A DNA stretch of 32,000 bases from an uncultured archaeon (GCA_964648855.1 CAZYLT010000020.1:1-32000); one strand, 5' to 3'. Numbered from the stretch's first letter, positions 1 to 9,980 are shown. Made by a program: numbers and translations. Notes: generated by a model from the letters alone, not told the origin.

Positions 1-179
1 GCCAACCATAAATCGGTTGTATTGATCAAGTTGCTATTTTCTTGACCATGTGAATAGTCAAAGACTATTGTACCTGTACCTGCAGCCGTTACGGGGGCAG
101 GACCAATCAGAAGCGCAGCCATTAGAGCACCTAAGATGCCCAATGTGAAGGCACGTCTTGCTAAAAGCCTATTTGTCAT
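1..179 (-). CDS. 5' part of a secreted/surface protein, possibly with a GldG/IFT52-like (DUF4350-type) domain; runs off the window start
   Basis: Manual translation from ATG at 179: MTNRLLARRAFTLGILGALMAALLIGPAPVTAAGTGTIVFDYSHGQENSNLINTTDLWL. It has a basic N-region, a hydrophobic stretch and an AxA-like site (signal peptide), then a VFDYSHGQ motif. GGAGG SD lies upstream on the - strand (~191-195). Not in the ORF track. Confidence 0.7.
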   Translation of the reverse strand, partial: MTNRLLARRAFTLGILGALMAALLIGPAPVTAAGTGTIVFDYSHGQENSNLINTTDLWL

Positions 180-473
180 CTGATCAGATTCCTCCTTCTC
201 AATAACTTTGAGAAGATACTTCCCAGTCGGTAATGCCATGATAAAACCTTTTCGCGTCATATGACCAAAAGAGGATATAATCGACGAATCAGGATTGAAA
301 AATCGTCAAAAATCGCCTGATTTGTCTATATTCTTATGAAGCGTGCACGCTGTAATCAAACCTTGAATTCTGGAGCGATGCACTACTCCCCGTTTTCTAG
401 TTAGAGTGTATAACAGAAGTGCAAGATTTCTGTCAGATTTTTCCATCGCTATGGTCCTCATGAATTCTGTGGG

Positions 474-484
474 ATATTAAATAG
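474..484 (+). promoter_or_regulatory. TATA-like box upstream of the candidate ncRNA
   Basis: TTAAATA at 477-483 lies about 25 nt upstream of the 5' strand of the putative closing helix (508). Confidence 0.4.
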
Positions 485-504
485 TCCCAATCACATACAA
501 TAGT

Positions 505-940
505 GGACTAGGTAAGTAAGCCAGCAACATCGCGCGGAGCTCACGGCCGAAAGCCCGGAGGAAATCAATTCCCGAAGGGCTGCCCTTACTCTCAACCAAA
601 GGGACTGGATCAGCTCTCAGAGAGTCCGCGGCTTTTAACCGTGCTCTTACGAGCCTTGCTGAGGTCGGTGACGGAGTAAGCAAGAGTGGTCATGAACCCG
701 CCGTGGTTAGAACTGTGGAACGTTTCAGTGTGGCTGAGCGTGATGCCTCAGAACCAACACAGGAGGAACAGACTAGGACCGTGGCAGGGGTCCCATCCCG
801 ATGAGCACGGACAAAGCCCCTGCTGCCTCAGTGGCCTACGGGTACGCTGGGAGTGGTGAGGCTGACAGGAAACGGGCGTAACACAGAAATTTCAGACACG
901 TTATGCTCACTCAATCCGTCAGAAACAGTCTATCTAGATT
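505..940 (+). ncRNA. Candidate large structured non-coding RNA, family unassigned
   Basis: No credible ORF; GC-richer than its flanks. Helices found by eye: 508-514/931-937, 669-682/904-921, 602-606/623-627, 643-646/651-654, 734-738/747-751, 784-790/817-823, 825-830/857-862. Strand inferred from the TATA-like box. Confidence 0.5.
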
Positions 941-1043
941 TGGTAAACCTTAATTACTGGGAGATAGTCACTCTACTTGTTGGATGAAAGATAGAAACTG
1001 AAGCAATCGCTTGCTCCAGTTATTATGAGAGAGGATAACAAAA

Positions 1044-2498
1044 ATGACCGAATTTGAATCAGCTCGGAATACGAGAACGATTCTTCTTGCAGTTGTTGTA
1101 ATCGTTGTTGTCGTTGCTGGTGGAGTTATTGGCTTCCTGTTCTTGGGAGGTCAAGGGCCAACTGACACAACAAATGACACCGAACCTAGCGGTGAGCAAA
1201 TTACTGTTCTTACCAGACATGATGTTGCCATACACAATGTCTTCGAACCCATATTCTTGGAGAGTGAGTTTGCGCAGGAGAATGGAATAACTAATATTCT
1301 ATGGAAGACACCAGCTGCTGAGTTTTGGGACGAGCTTATTGATAGAGGGGAGGTTGATGTTGCTTGGGGTGGAGGACCAACAATATTTGACCAGCTCATG
1401 AGAGATGGTCGACTTGCTACTCTTGATAGCGAACTGATGCAAGAAGTAGCGGACCGTGTACCGGACCAGATTGCTGGCGCAAACATGAAGCGCAATGATA
1501 CTGAAGATAATCTCAAATGGATGGCTGCAGCAATCTCAACATTTGGGTTCACTGTCAATAATCAATTCATGGATGAATACGAATTGCCAATCCCTAAAAA
1601 ATGGACTGACCTAGAAAATGCAACCTACGGTAGCCTGCTTCCAACAATCCCGACTATTGCTATGGGTAATGCACCTGATACGACTTCAAACACTAGAATC
1701 TACGAAATCATCACACAAGGTCTTGGGTGGGATTCTGGTTGGCAAACCATGGCACGAATGGCTGGAAGTGCCAACATCTATGGGGGTTCTGTAGAAACAC
1801 AAGCCGCTTCGGAAAATGGTGATGTAGGAATATCCATGTCAATCGACTTCTATGGCTATCTAACGCAGTATAGAAACCCTGACTGTGAATATATTATTCC
1901 AGAAGGTCAGACGATTGTGAATGGAGATCCTATTGCAATTACTAATAATGCCCCTAACCAGGAATATGCTGAAGGCTTCCTTGACTTTGTCATGTCTTGT
2001 GAAGGTCAAGCTCTTTGGTTGGACCCATCTATCAGACGGATGCCTGTTCTTGAATGTGCTTTCTGGGAGCCAGGTGCTGAGGATGCCCAGGATTTGTATG
2101 CAGTATTTAATCAGACTGTGGATACAGAAGGCATTGACTTCAATGACACTCTATCTTTGCAGATCAATGCGGCATTTACTAAGTATTTCGAGTCCGTCTT
2201 CACAAATGCTCACACCGAGCTTGTGGACACTTGGAGTCTCTTGGTTTCCTCCTATTTGGATGGAGACCTCACAGAGGGCGATTTTGAAACCTATGCCAAC
2301 ATGATGGGCACTCCAGTGACAATTGTGGATCCTGACACTAGTGAAGAGGAGAAGTTCACAACAGAGTATGCCATAGAAATCAATGAGAAGATGATCTATG
2401 ACGCTGATTTCGCCTCTACGGTACAGTCATTATGGACCGCGGCTGCAAAGGCAGCATACCAAGATGTCTACAACCAAGTTTCAGCAATGCTGATGTAA
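1044..2498 (+). CDS. ABC transporter substrate-binding protein, Fe3+/thiamine (AfuA/FbpA-like) class, N-terminally membrane-anchored
   Basis: N-terminal TM helix and Thr-rich linker; DVAWGGG, PKKWTDL, TSNTRIYEII and VNGDPIAI motifs; GAGG SD; first gene of an SBP-permease-ATPase operon. Confidence 0.85.
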   Translation: MTEFESARNTRTILLAVVVIVVVVAGGVIGFLFLGGQGPTDTTNDTEPSGEQITVLTRHDVAIHNVFEPIFLESEFAQENGITNILWKTPAAEFWDELIDRGEVDVAWGGGPTIFDQLMRDGRLATLDSELMQEVADRVPDQIAGANMKRNDTEDNLKWMAAAISTFGFTVNNQFMDEYELPIPKKWTDLENATYGSLLPTIPTIAMGNAPDTTSNTRIYEIITQGLGWDSGWQTMARMAGSANIYGGSVETQAASENGDVGISMSIDFYGYLTQYRNPDCEYIIPEGQTIVNGDPIAITNNAPNQEYAEGFLDFVMSCEGQALWLDPSIRRMPVLECAFWEPGAEDAQDLYAVFNQTVDTEGIDFNDTLSLQINAAFTKYFESVFTNAHTELVDTWSLLVSSYLDGDLTEGDFETYANMMGTPVTIVDPDTSEEEKFTTEYAIEINEKMIYDADFASTVQSLWTAAAKAAYQDVYNQVSAMLM

Positions 2499-2514
2499 TG
2501 GGAGAATTAAGGAA

Positions 2515-4599
2515 TTGCCAGAAGAGAAGCTAGAGGAAGCAGCGGATATTATCCAAGAAGAAGCCGAGTTGGTGCCCGATAAGCCCGTTGATAATATAGT
2601 CAACGCGCTTCGAGGCATCCCTAGAAGAATTGGCTCGCGTCTTGCGAGTCCATTCTATTTTCTAGGAGGGTGGCTTAAGAGACGGGCGTCGGGAGCAAGA
2701 AACTTTCTCTCAGACCCAACCACAAATACAAGAAACCGCATTCAGAAAACCAGTGCTTCCGTGAGAGAGGGCATAGCCAAGCTGAGACATGAGATGGACT
2801 CATTATCGTGGGTTCAGTTGATTGCTGTCTTAGCTGCGTTTGGTTTATTTCTTATTGCCCCTCTTCTTAGTGTTGTTGGATTCTCATTCACTGACCCTCA
2901 AACTGGCCTTCCTTCTCTACACCACTTCATCAATTTGTTTAGTGACAGCAATTTTTGGCCCTGGCAGTATAATCCTGATACTGGTGAATGGCTCTCCTAC
3001 GTCAATCTCGAAACAATACAATTTGGTGGAGACCTCATGGTCATCCGTGGGTGGGATCTTGGTGCAGTACTCAATTCAATCTATGTAGCAATATTCACGA
3101 CCGCCTTTTCGGTGCTCCTAGGGGTCTTCTTAGCATTCATTATTGCAAGATATGACTTCCCAGGAAAGAGTATTGTTAGAACAGTCTTGATATTTCCAAT
3201 CTTGGCGACGCCTTTTGTGGGGGCTATAGGTATCAAGACCTTTATGGGCCGAGCTGGCTTTTTCAATAATCTATTCTACACAGCATTGAATTGGTTACCG
3301 TATAGAATCGAATTGCGTGGCCTAGCAGCAATTATCTTCGTCCAATCTCTCTCTTTGTTCTCTCTAGTTTATTTGAACGCTTACTCTTCCTTCATGTCAA
3401 TCGACCCCTCTCTTGAAGAGCAAGCAGAAAACTTGGGAGCAACAGGATTCAAGTTGTTTAGGTCGGTGACTCTTCCTTTGGCGATGCCTGGTATTCAGGC
3501 GGGAGCTATTCTAACCTTCATTCTCAGTATAGAGGATCTTGGTTCTCCGATAGTCTTCTTCCAACATCAACAAGCTCAGAAGACACTGGCATTTCAGGTC
3601 TTTAATAGCATTGCAACACAATCCGGACAAATTGATCCTGCCGGTCCCGCCATAGGAATAATTTTGCTCATCTTTGCAGTTATCGGATTTCTGACAATAA
3701 GGAAATATGCCGCTCTCCGGTCATATGAATCTGGCACGAAGGGTGGACAGTGGAACCCAAGAACAAGAAAGTTGAGGAAACGAACGTCAGTACTACTCTA
3801 CTTGGTTCTGATTCCCTTGCTATTTCTTGCCCTAATTCCGCAAATCAGTGTCATTATCCTTTCCTTTGCGGGTTCATGGGCAACAAATTCAGTTCTGCCG
3901 GACACCTGGACTTTGAGCAACTACGATGTGCTGTGGGCTTATCCTGATGTGACAACATCTATTACTAACACACTATCATACGGTCTCTTAGCCACTGTAT
4001 TCATTGTATTGTTGGGAACAAGCGCCGCATATATTATTGCAAGAAGAAATATTCCTGGGAAGACTGCACTTGATCTTCTGGTAACCTCTCCAATAGCCTT
4101 ACCCGGAATTGTGATTGCCACAGGCTATTTCACCCTATTCTACGGCACCCCACTATTTCCGTCTGAGGGGCCATGGCTATTGATTACAATATCTTACGCA
4201 ATACGAAAATTCCCATTTACGGTTAGGGCGGCGTATGCTGGCCTATTATCTACGCCAGTGATTTTGGAAGAAGCATCTATGAACATGGGTGCTGATAGGA
4301 ACAAGACCTTTGCCCGAATCACCCTGCCGTTGATTGGAGTGAGCGTGTTGGCGGGTGCATTGTTATCCTTCACCTATTCAGTGAGTGAGGTCAGTACAAG
4401 TCTCATTCTCGGAAGCGTTGGAAGAGAACAGGCGCCAATGACGTTCTGGACGAAGGAGGTTCTGGAAGGAACGGGAGTCTATGGCGGTGCGTTCAGCGCC
4501 GCGACATTAGGAGTCTTGATGATGGTGTTGCAGATGGCCGTCATAACTATCACAAACAGAATACTGGGATCTAGGTCATCAGCTATCACGGGTATCTGA
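2515..4599 (+). CDS. ABC transporter permease with two fused TM modules (FbpB/ThiP-like)
   Basis: Many TM helices; two EAA loops (LEEQAENLGA, LEEASMNMGA); TTG start; ~95-aa soluble N-terminal extension. Confidence 0.9.
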   Translation: MPEEKLEEAADIIQEEAELVPDKPVDNIVNALRGIPRRIGSRLASPFYFLGGWLKRRASGARNFLSDPTTNTRNRIQKTSASVREGIAKLRHEMDSLSWVQLIAVLAAFGLFLIAPLLSVVGFSFTDPQTGLPSLHHFINLFSDSNFWPWQYNPDTGEWLSYVNLETIQFGGDLMVIRGWDLGAVLNSIYVAIFTTAFSVLLGVFLAFIIARYDFPGKSIVRTVLIFPILATPFVGAIGIKTFMGRAGFFNNLFYTALNWLPYRIELRGLAAIIFVQSLSLFSLVYLNAYSSFMSIDPSLEEQAENLGATGFKLFRSVTLPLAMPGIQAGAILTFILSIEDLGSPIVFFQHQQAQKTLAFQVFNSIATQSGQIDPAGPAIGIILLIFAVIGFLTIRKYAALRSYESGTKGGQWNPRTRKLRKRTSVLLYLVLIPLLFLALIPQISVIILSFAGSWATNSVLPDTWTLSNYDVLWAYPDVTTSITNTLSYGLLATVFIVLLGTSAAYIIARRNIPGKTALDLLVTSPIALPGIVIATGYFTLFYGTPLFPSEGPWLLITISYAIRKFPFTVRAAYAGLLSTPVILEEASMNMGADRNKTFARITLPLIGVSVLAGALLSFTYSVSEVSTSLILGSVGREQAPMTFWTKEVLEGTGVYGGAFSAATLGVLMMVLQMAVITITNRILGSRSSAITGI

Positions 4600-4608
4600 G
4601 GTGAAAAC

Positions 4609-5769
4609 ATGGTAGAAATCGAACTTCAAAATCTACGGAAAACATTTGGCGAAGTGGTCGCGACTGATGAAGTAACTATGACACTAAAGGAAGGCGAGCT
4701 ATCAACATTACTCGGCCCATCCGGCTGTGGAAAGACTACACTTTTGCGTCTGATAGCAGGGTTCTATCGTCCTGATCATGGAAAAGTCTACTTTGATGAT
4801 AAAGACATGACTAGAGTTCCGCCACATAAGAGAAATACAGGTATGGTCTTCCAGAATTATGCTCTTTGGCCCCATATGAATGTCTATGACAATATTGCAT
4901 ATGGCCTAAAGATAAAGCGTGTAGATGGCATGAAATACAACAAAGCTGCAATCAACAAGAGGGTTGAAGCGGCTATTGATTTGGTTCACTTGGAGGGTTT
5001 GGGGGAGCGTCATGTACATCAGTTGTCGGGCGGACAACAGCAGAGAGTTTCACTAGCGCGTGCTCTTGTGATTGAGCCAGACGTTCTCCTCCTGGACGAA
5101 CCTCTGTCTAATCTTGATGCAAAACTCCGAACTGAGATGCGTGAGGAAATTATTCGGATTCAAAAGGAGCTATCAATCACAACCGTCTATGTGACTCATG
5201 ACCAACACGAAGCTCTCAGTATATCTGACCGAGTGGCTGTTATGGAGCATGGATATGTACAGCAATTCGGTACTCCTAGGGAGATATACCAACACCCTCA
5301 GACCATCTTTGTAGCAGACTTCATTGGTCAATGTACATTCATTGAAGGTAGCATCAATAGTCTAGGGAAATACATCCAAGTGCAGATACCAGATGGTCAG
5401 GTAATCGCTGGCAAGACGACTATTGAAGAATATCCATTTGAAGAGGGCGAACCTGTGAAGTGTGCCATTAGACCAGAAGATCTACATTTGGAGCGAACTG
5501 ATCCACGAGATAATGAGATTGTGGGAACTGTCAATCGGACCATATACATCGGAAATGCGTTGGAGGTCTATTTCTCAATCGGGGACATCTCAGCTCAATC
5601 GCTTCTCGACCCTGACCTTGAATTTGAATCAGGCGAAGAAATCCATCTCTTTGCTCCCCGACCTGAAGTCATGATACTTCCTCTTGGCGGAGTAGAAGCG
5701 CTCAGAAAGGTTCCTGGTCATCCTCTTGCCGAGGCAGCTGCACTAACTACTGCGGCATCGAGTGCCTAA
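4609..5769 (+). CDS. ABC transporter ATP-binding protein (FbpC/PotA-like) with C-terminal TOBE region
   Basis: Walker A GPSGCGKT, signature LSGGQQQR, Walker B LLLDEP, H-loop VTHDQ; GAGGTG SD. Confidence 0.95.
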   Translation: MVEIELQNLRKTFGEVVATDEVTMTLKEGELSTLLGPSGCGKTTLLRLIAGFYRPDHGKVYFDDKDMTRVPPHKRNTGMVFQNYALWPHMNVYDNIAYGLKIKRVDGMKYNKAAINKRVEAAIDLVHLEGLGERHVHQLSGGQQQRVSLARALVIEPDVLLLDEPLSNLDAKLRTEMREEIIRIQKELSITTVYVTHDQHEALSISDRVAVMEHGYVQQFGTPREIYQHPQTIFVADFIGQCTFIEGSINSLGKYIQVQIPDGQVIAGKTTIEEYPFEEGEPVKCAIRPEDLHLERTDPRDNEIVGTVNRTIYIGNALEVYFSIGDISAQSLLDPDLEFESGEEIHLFAPRPEVMILPLGGVEALRKVPGHPLAEAAALTTAASSA

Positions 5770-7783
5770 TTGTCACAGCCACACCACGGTTGAAGGATAG
5801 CATTTCAAAACCTGAGAGTAGTGTACGTCCAGTGCCAACTATGTTTCGCTCTTCGTCCAGTACTAGGACTTCTTCACCGGCATGCAACTGAGGGTCTACC
5901 TGATGCACGAATTTTGCAAGGGCTGATTTACCTCTTGCGACGAATTCCGATGCCTCTTGGGTCATGACAACCAGATATTCCTCTTCCAATCCCATCTTAG
6001 CTAGTTCAACTCCTCCTTCGTAAGTTGGTGTCAATAACCCCGTAGTAGGAACCAGTGTGAACAGAATTTCGCCACTTTTTCTGATATGACGAATCTTTTC
6101 TGTACTTCTAGAGAACTCAACCTCAATTTCATTTTGTTTAAGAAACTCACTTGGGTCTACCCCCCATTGGTATTTGAAAAGCAGCCGGAGCTTTCTCTTA
6201 GCCCAGTTGATTGAACCTCGGTCGCCCAGCAACTGAATCAATTGGTCTTGCTTCTCAATGGTATCTATTTCATGTTCTCCCTTGATTCTGGTGAGGATTG
6301 AGTTGGTTGGCGTGTTTCTAGTTAGCCACGTGATTTGGCTTGCATCAACTGATGCAAGAAAATTCTCAACACGTGAAGTTGCCATATACAAAGTATCTAG
6401 GTCAAGATGATGGGGGAATATACATTGCTGTACTGGATGGACGTGTTCTAGTTCCCAAGGGACGGCTCCAATAGGCGTTACAAATACCAAGAGGGTCATC
6501 TCCGGCGGTCTTGATGCAACGAGCTCCGCCACTTCTTGTGCAGCGTCAGCAAAGGGACGGTCTCCGTGATGCGGATAGAGGAGTAGATGGTCTGTTTCGA
6601 GCCCTGTGTACGTCGAAACCATCTGCCGGTAGAATTTCTCAATCACTGGATATTTTGTAGTTTCATTTCCACTATAGAGTATGGCACCACTAGTACCTCG
6701 AGCATCCCATCTTTCGAACTCATCATAGCCATTCAGCATCATTGTCAAAGCATCATAAAGGGAGGGATGTCCCCTTGCCCTCCGTGCTACGAGCTCCATC
6801 AGTGTTCCATCGCTGATCGCCTGTCTGACCCGCCTAATCTCTGCTGCGCTGATATACAGATTATGCCTCATCAATTGGAGGCTCTTTTCCTTCTTTTTCA
6901 TATTATTGAGTTCTTTGGCCGAATACTCTGAACAAACAGGGCAACTGCAGGGCAGTTCACGAAGGGTGCCTAAATGAACCGTCCCTTTTGGCAACATCAT
7001 TCGACCCGCATCAGCGAATTTAGCGTAGGATGCTGAATCAAAGAAGTCACAGCCCATCATGGCTGCTTGAGCAAAAAACATGGGATGGCCGCAGCCAAAC
7101 AGATGAATCGGGCGACTTGGTGGAAGATGTCTTTTCGAGGCATAAAGCAGGTTCACAATATCGGCGTATCTGTAGTTCTCCATGAGCGGTACCACGCCTC
7201 CAATCGGATGAATGTCGAAATCCAGCTTTGCCATCTCTTTAGCGGAATATTCCCGCAAATCTTGGTATACGCCACCTTGGACAGTTCCAGCAAGCATCAT
7301 GCCGCCTTTTTCAGGTGCAGATATCTTGGCTCTTTGAAGTGAAGTTTCAACATCTGAACGGACCTGCTCTTTTCCCACATCAGGTGCTGAGAATACATCT
7401 AAGATTGTACCTATATCGGGTTGAATTTTCTTCTGAAAATCCACGATTTCTAAAGGGTCAATCTCTGTTGAAGGAAGACCATGAAAATACATCTGAAAGG
7501 TTCCCGAATCGGTCATTACTGGCCCATCGAAGCCAATCAACTTATGGACGCCTTCAGATACAGCTTTCTCCCTAAAACGATCGTGCGATTTTATGATATA
7601 GGAGTTGGTTATGACCATCTGAAATCCAAAATGATTCCTCAGCTCTTGAGGGGCGATAGCTGTTTTCGCAGGATGAACAACTGGCATTAGGAGGGGAGTG
7701 GAAACAGTACCATGTTCTGTGGTGAATTCCCCTAGTCTCCCCATACCATCTTTTGCACGAATTTCAAAGCTGCCCATCTTCAT
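5747..7783 (-). CDS. tgtA: Archaeosine tRNA-guanine(15) transglycosylase with C-terminal PUA domain
   Basis: TDSGTFQ catalytic motif, GGVVPLME, HLFGCGHPM, FDSASY, Zn site CSCPVC...H; PUA-like C-terminus (GKSALAKFV...GEEVLV...GVAV). Confidence 0.93.
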   Translation of the reverse strand: MKMGSFEIRAKDGMGRLGEFTTEHGTVSTPLLMPVVHPAKTAIAPQELRNHFGFQMVITNSYIIKSHDRFREKAVSEGVHKLIGFDGPVMTDSGTFQMYFHGLPSTEIDPLEIVDFQKKIQPDIGTILDVFSAPDVGKEQVRSDVETSLQRAKISAPEKGGMMLAGTVQGGVYQDLREYSAKEMAKLDFDIHPIGGVVPLMENYRYADIVNLLYASKRHLPPSRPIHLFGCGHPMFFAQAAMMGCDFFDSASYAKFADAGRMMLPKGTVHLGTLRELPCSCPVCSEYSAKELNNMKKKEKSLQLMRHNLYISAAEIRRVRQAISDGTLMELVARRARGHPSLYDALTMMLNGYDEFERWDARGTSGAILYSGNETTKYPVIEKFYRQMVSTYTGLETDHLLLYPHHGDRPFADAAQEVAELVASRPPEMTLLVFVTPIGAVPWELEHVHPVQQCIFPHHLDLDTLYMATSRVENFLASVDASQITWLTRNTPTNSILTRIKGEHEIDTIEKQDQLIQLLGDRGSINWAKRKLRLLFKYQWGVDPSEFLKQNEIEVEFSRSTEKIRHIRKSGEILFTLVPTTGLLTPTYEGGVELAKMGLEEEYLVVMTQEASEFVARGKSALAKFVHQVDPQLHAGEEVLVLDEERNIVGTGRTLLSGFEMLSFNRGVAVTIRHSMPQ

Positions 7784-7888
7784 CAACTACTAGATTCCTG
7801 CATAGGTGTGCCAAGAAGCTTCCGTTATGGCTACATTACATTCGCACATATTAAACTCTATAAGGTCAGTAAACTGGATAAGACCGTG

Positions 7889-9184
7889 ATGCAGCAGCTT
7901 CGTACTCTGCTGGTGCAGCGAAGAAGACATAACGAACCAAACCTATTATCGGAGTTTGAGTCGCTCGCTGCTACAGCCAACTACAATGTCATCGGTACCT
8001 TTGATATAGTTGGTCGACCGAAAGGTAGGTTTGGCATTTCGACTGGCAAAGTTGAGGAAATCAAGACCTGGATCGAGCTCAATCGCCCAGATATTGTGCT
8101 GTTCTCTCCTAGATTGAAGTCTAGCCAGTTATTTCGACTAATGGAGGAATGGGAGCTTGAGGTCAGAGACAGAACACAGCTCATTCTTGAGATATTCGCA
8201 AAACATGCAAGATCTCCTCAAGCAAAGCTCCAGATAGAAAAGGCTCGATTGAATTACGAATTGCCATTTCAGCGTCACCAGTTACGTATTAGACTACAGG
8301 CTGAGCATACCGGTGATAGGCCTACAGCTCACCAAGTAGGCATTGGAGAGGATCTGTTAACTAAGAAATTAACGGAGCTTCGCAAGAGAATTTCTCTTAT
8401 AAACGATAAGTTGGACAAGATTTCAAATGTCCAAGCCCTAAAGAAAAAGAAGCGGCAAGCAGAGGGATTCACCGAAATTGCGTTAGCTGGCTATACAAAT
8501 GCTGGCAAGAGCACCCTGCACAGAACTCTGACTGGTTCTCAGGTGGAAGTTGCTGACCAGCTCTTTACAACCCTCTCTACCAAAACCGCTGAAATTTCCA
8601 TGAGAGGTAGAGAGGCAGTACTGTCCGATTCAGTTGGTTTCATTAGCAATCTTCCCCAGTCGTTATTGGAGGCTTTCAATACCACTTTAATGGAGATAGG
8701 TGATGCCGATCTCATCTTACTCGTTATAGATGGCTCCGATCATCCGACTGAGATGCGTAGAAAAATTCAAACCTGTCTAACCACCTTTGGTGAAATTGGT
8801 GCCAATGGTATTCCAATCATAGGAGTCCTCAACAAGATTGATATTTTAGCACGCTACAATGTTCGTGGGCAACTAGACATAATTGAAGATATGATTGGAT
8901 CTGCAGTTCCTGTTTCAGCAAAGACTGGAGAAAATATTGGTGAATTGACCCAGATCATAGAAGACGCGCTACCTTCTCTGCAACGGTATCGCCTCACCCT
9001 GCCATATGGCAGCGAATCAATGTCCATTGTTTCATGGTTATTCGACTCGGGTTTCGTTGCTGAACGTGAATTTAATGAACACTCAATCAGAGTGGAGGCT
9101 GACCTGACCAAAGAAAAGGCGCAGAAACTCATGAATAGACTCGATGACCAATCAATACGTGAAATTGCTGACGACGACCAATGA
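7889..9184 (+). CDS. hflX: GTPase HflX
   Basis: DRTQLILEIF, AKLQIE, G1 GYTNAGKST, LFTTL, DSVGFI, NKID, SAKTG. Start placed at GTG/ATG 7886/7889 rather than 7808. Confidence 0.92.
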   Translation: MQQLRTLLVQRRRHNEPNLLSEFESLAATANYNVIGTFDIVGRPKGRFGISTGKVEEIKTWIELNRPDIVLFSPRLKSSQLFRLMEEWELEVRDRTQLILEIFAKHARSPQAKLQIEKARLNYELPFQRHQLRIRLQAEHTGDRPTAHQVGIGEDLLTKKLTELRKRISLINDKLDKISNVQALKKKKRQAEGFTEIALAGYTNAGKSTLHRTLTGSQVEVADQLFTTLSTKTAEISMRGREAVLSDSVGFISNLPQSLLEAFNTTLMEIGDADLILLVIDGSDHPTEMRRKIQTCLTTFGEIGANGIPIIGVLNKIDILARYNVRGQLDIIEDMIGSAVPVSAKTGENIGELTQIIEDALPSLQRYRLTLPYGSESMSIVSWLFDSGFVAEREFNEHSIRVEADLTKEKAQKLMNRLDDQSIREIADDDQ

Positions 9185-9248
9185 AGTGGAACCATAACAA
9201 TATGTTTTAGTCCTTACATGAAAACCTCACAAAAGAGATGTAATTCCT

Positions 9249-9905
9249 ATGATAGTTATGGAGCTGAAGCCGCCTGAAGATATACTGGACATGCTAGAGG
9301 GATACACCAAGATTGTGCTTTTTGGTGACTCGGGGTGCGCACAGCTTTGTGATGTGGGTGGCATACTACAACTGGAAGACATGACTGATTTTCTGACGGA
9401 GAATGGAAAAGAGGTATTGGGGTATATCTTTGTTGAGGGGGGAATTTGTGACGTTAATGCTGTCCGTCAAGAGATGGAAGAACATTCGGAGATGATTGAA
9501 GAGGCTGATGCATTCCTCGTTCAGGCATGTGGCGTCGCGACTCAGATAACTACTGAACTAGAGCCTGAAAAGGAATCATTTCCTGCTGTAAACTCCACGT
9601 TTCTCGGAAAGATGCCAGAACGGTTTCAACACGAAGAAACCTGTGCTATGTGTGGCGACTGTATCCTTCATTTGACAGGAGGAATTTGCCCCGTCGCGCG
9701 ATGCTCAAAGGGGATTCTCAATGGTCCCTGCGGCGGATCCATGGATGGTAAATGTGAGCGTGATGATGAGACTGATTGCGTCTGGCAACTAATATACGAC
9801 CGACTCAAGAAACTGGGAAAGCTTGAGAATCTGAAGACAATCTGGGAAATACGGGATTGGAGTTTGTCACAGGGGCCTCGCTCTTTGACTCATGAGGAAG
9901 TCTAG
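9249..9905 (+). CDS. metV: MetV-like Fe-S/Zn subunit of methylene-tetrahydrofolate reductase (MTHFR C-terminal-like domain)
   Basis: Cys pattern CAMCGDC...GICPVARCSKGILNGPCGG...GKCE...DCVW; directly upstream of metF. Confidence 0.85.
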   Translation: MIVMELKPPEDILDMLEGYTKIVLFGDSGCAQLCDVGGILQLEDMTDFLTENGKEVLGYIFVEGGICDVNAVRQEMEEHSEMIEEADAFLVQACGVATQITTELEPEKESFPAVNSTFLGKMPERFQHEETCAMCGDCILHLTGGICPVARCSKGILNGPCGGSMDGKCERDDETDCVWQLIYDRLKKLGKLENLKTIWEIRDWSLSQGPRSLTHEEV

Positions 9906-9980
9906 CCAAAGGGAAGACTAAGGCTAACCCCTCCAAAGACATATGTATATGGTTGGATTTCCGAGGGTAACGAACATCGA

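Noticed and set aside
280-325. AATCG repeats and AATCAGG/CCTGATT inverted repeat
   Set aside because: Too short and irregular to distinguish from chance; not CRISPR-like.
477-683. 68-aa ORF on the - strand
   Set aside because: No recognisable motif and a weak start; it lies antisense to the structured block.
505-940. Assignment as canonical RNase P RNA, SRP RNA, group I intron or TPP/cobalamin riboswitch
   Set aside because: Both GAGGAA copies lack a matching P4 partner, there is no SRP helix-8 CAGG..GNRA..AGCAG, the group I-like CAGACTA/CAGTC pair is imperfect with no P4/P6 or host gene, and no riboswitch consensus is visible. Left unassigned.
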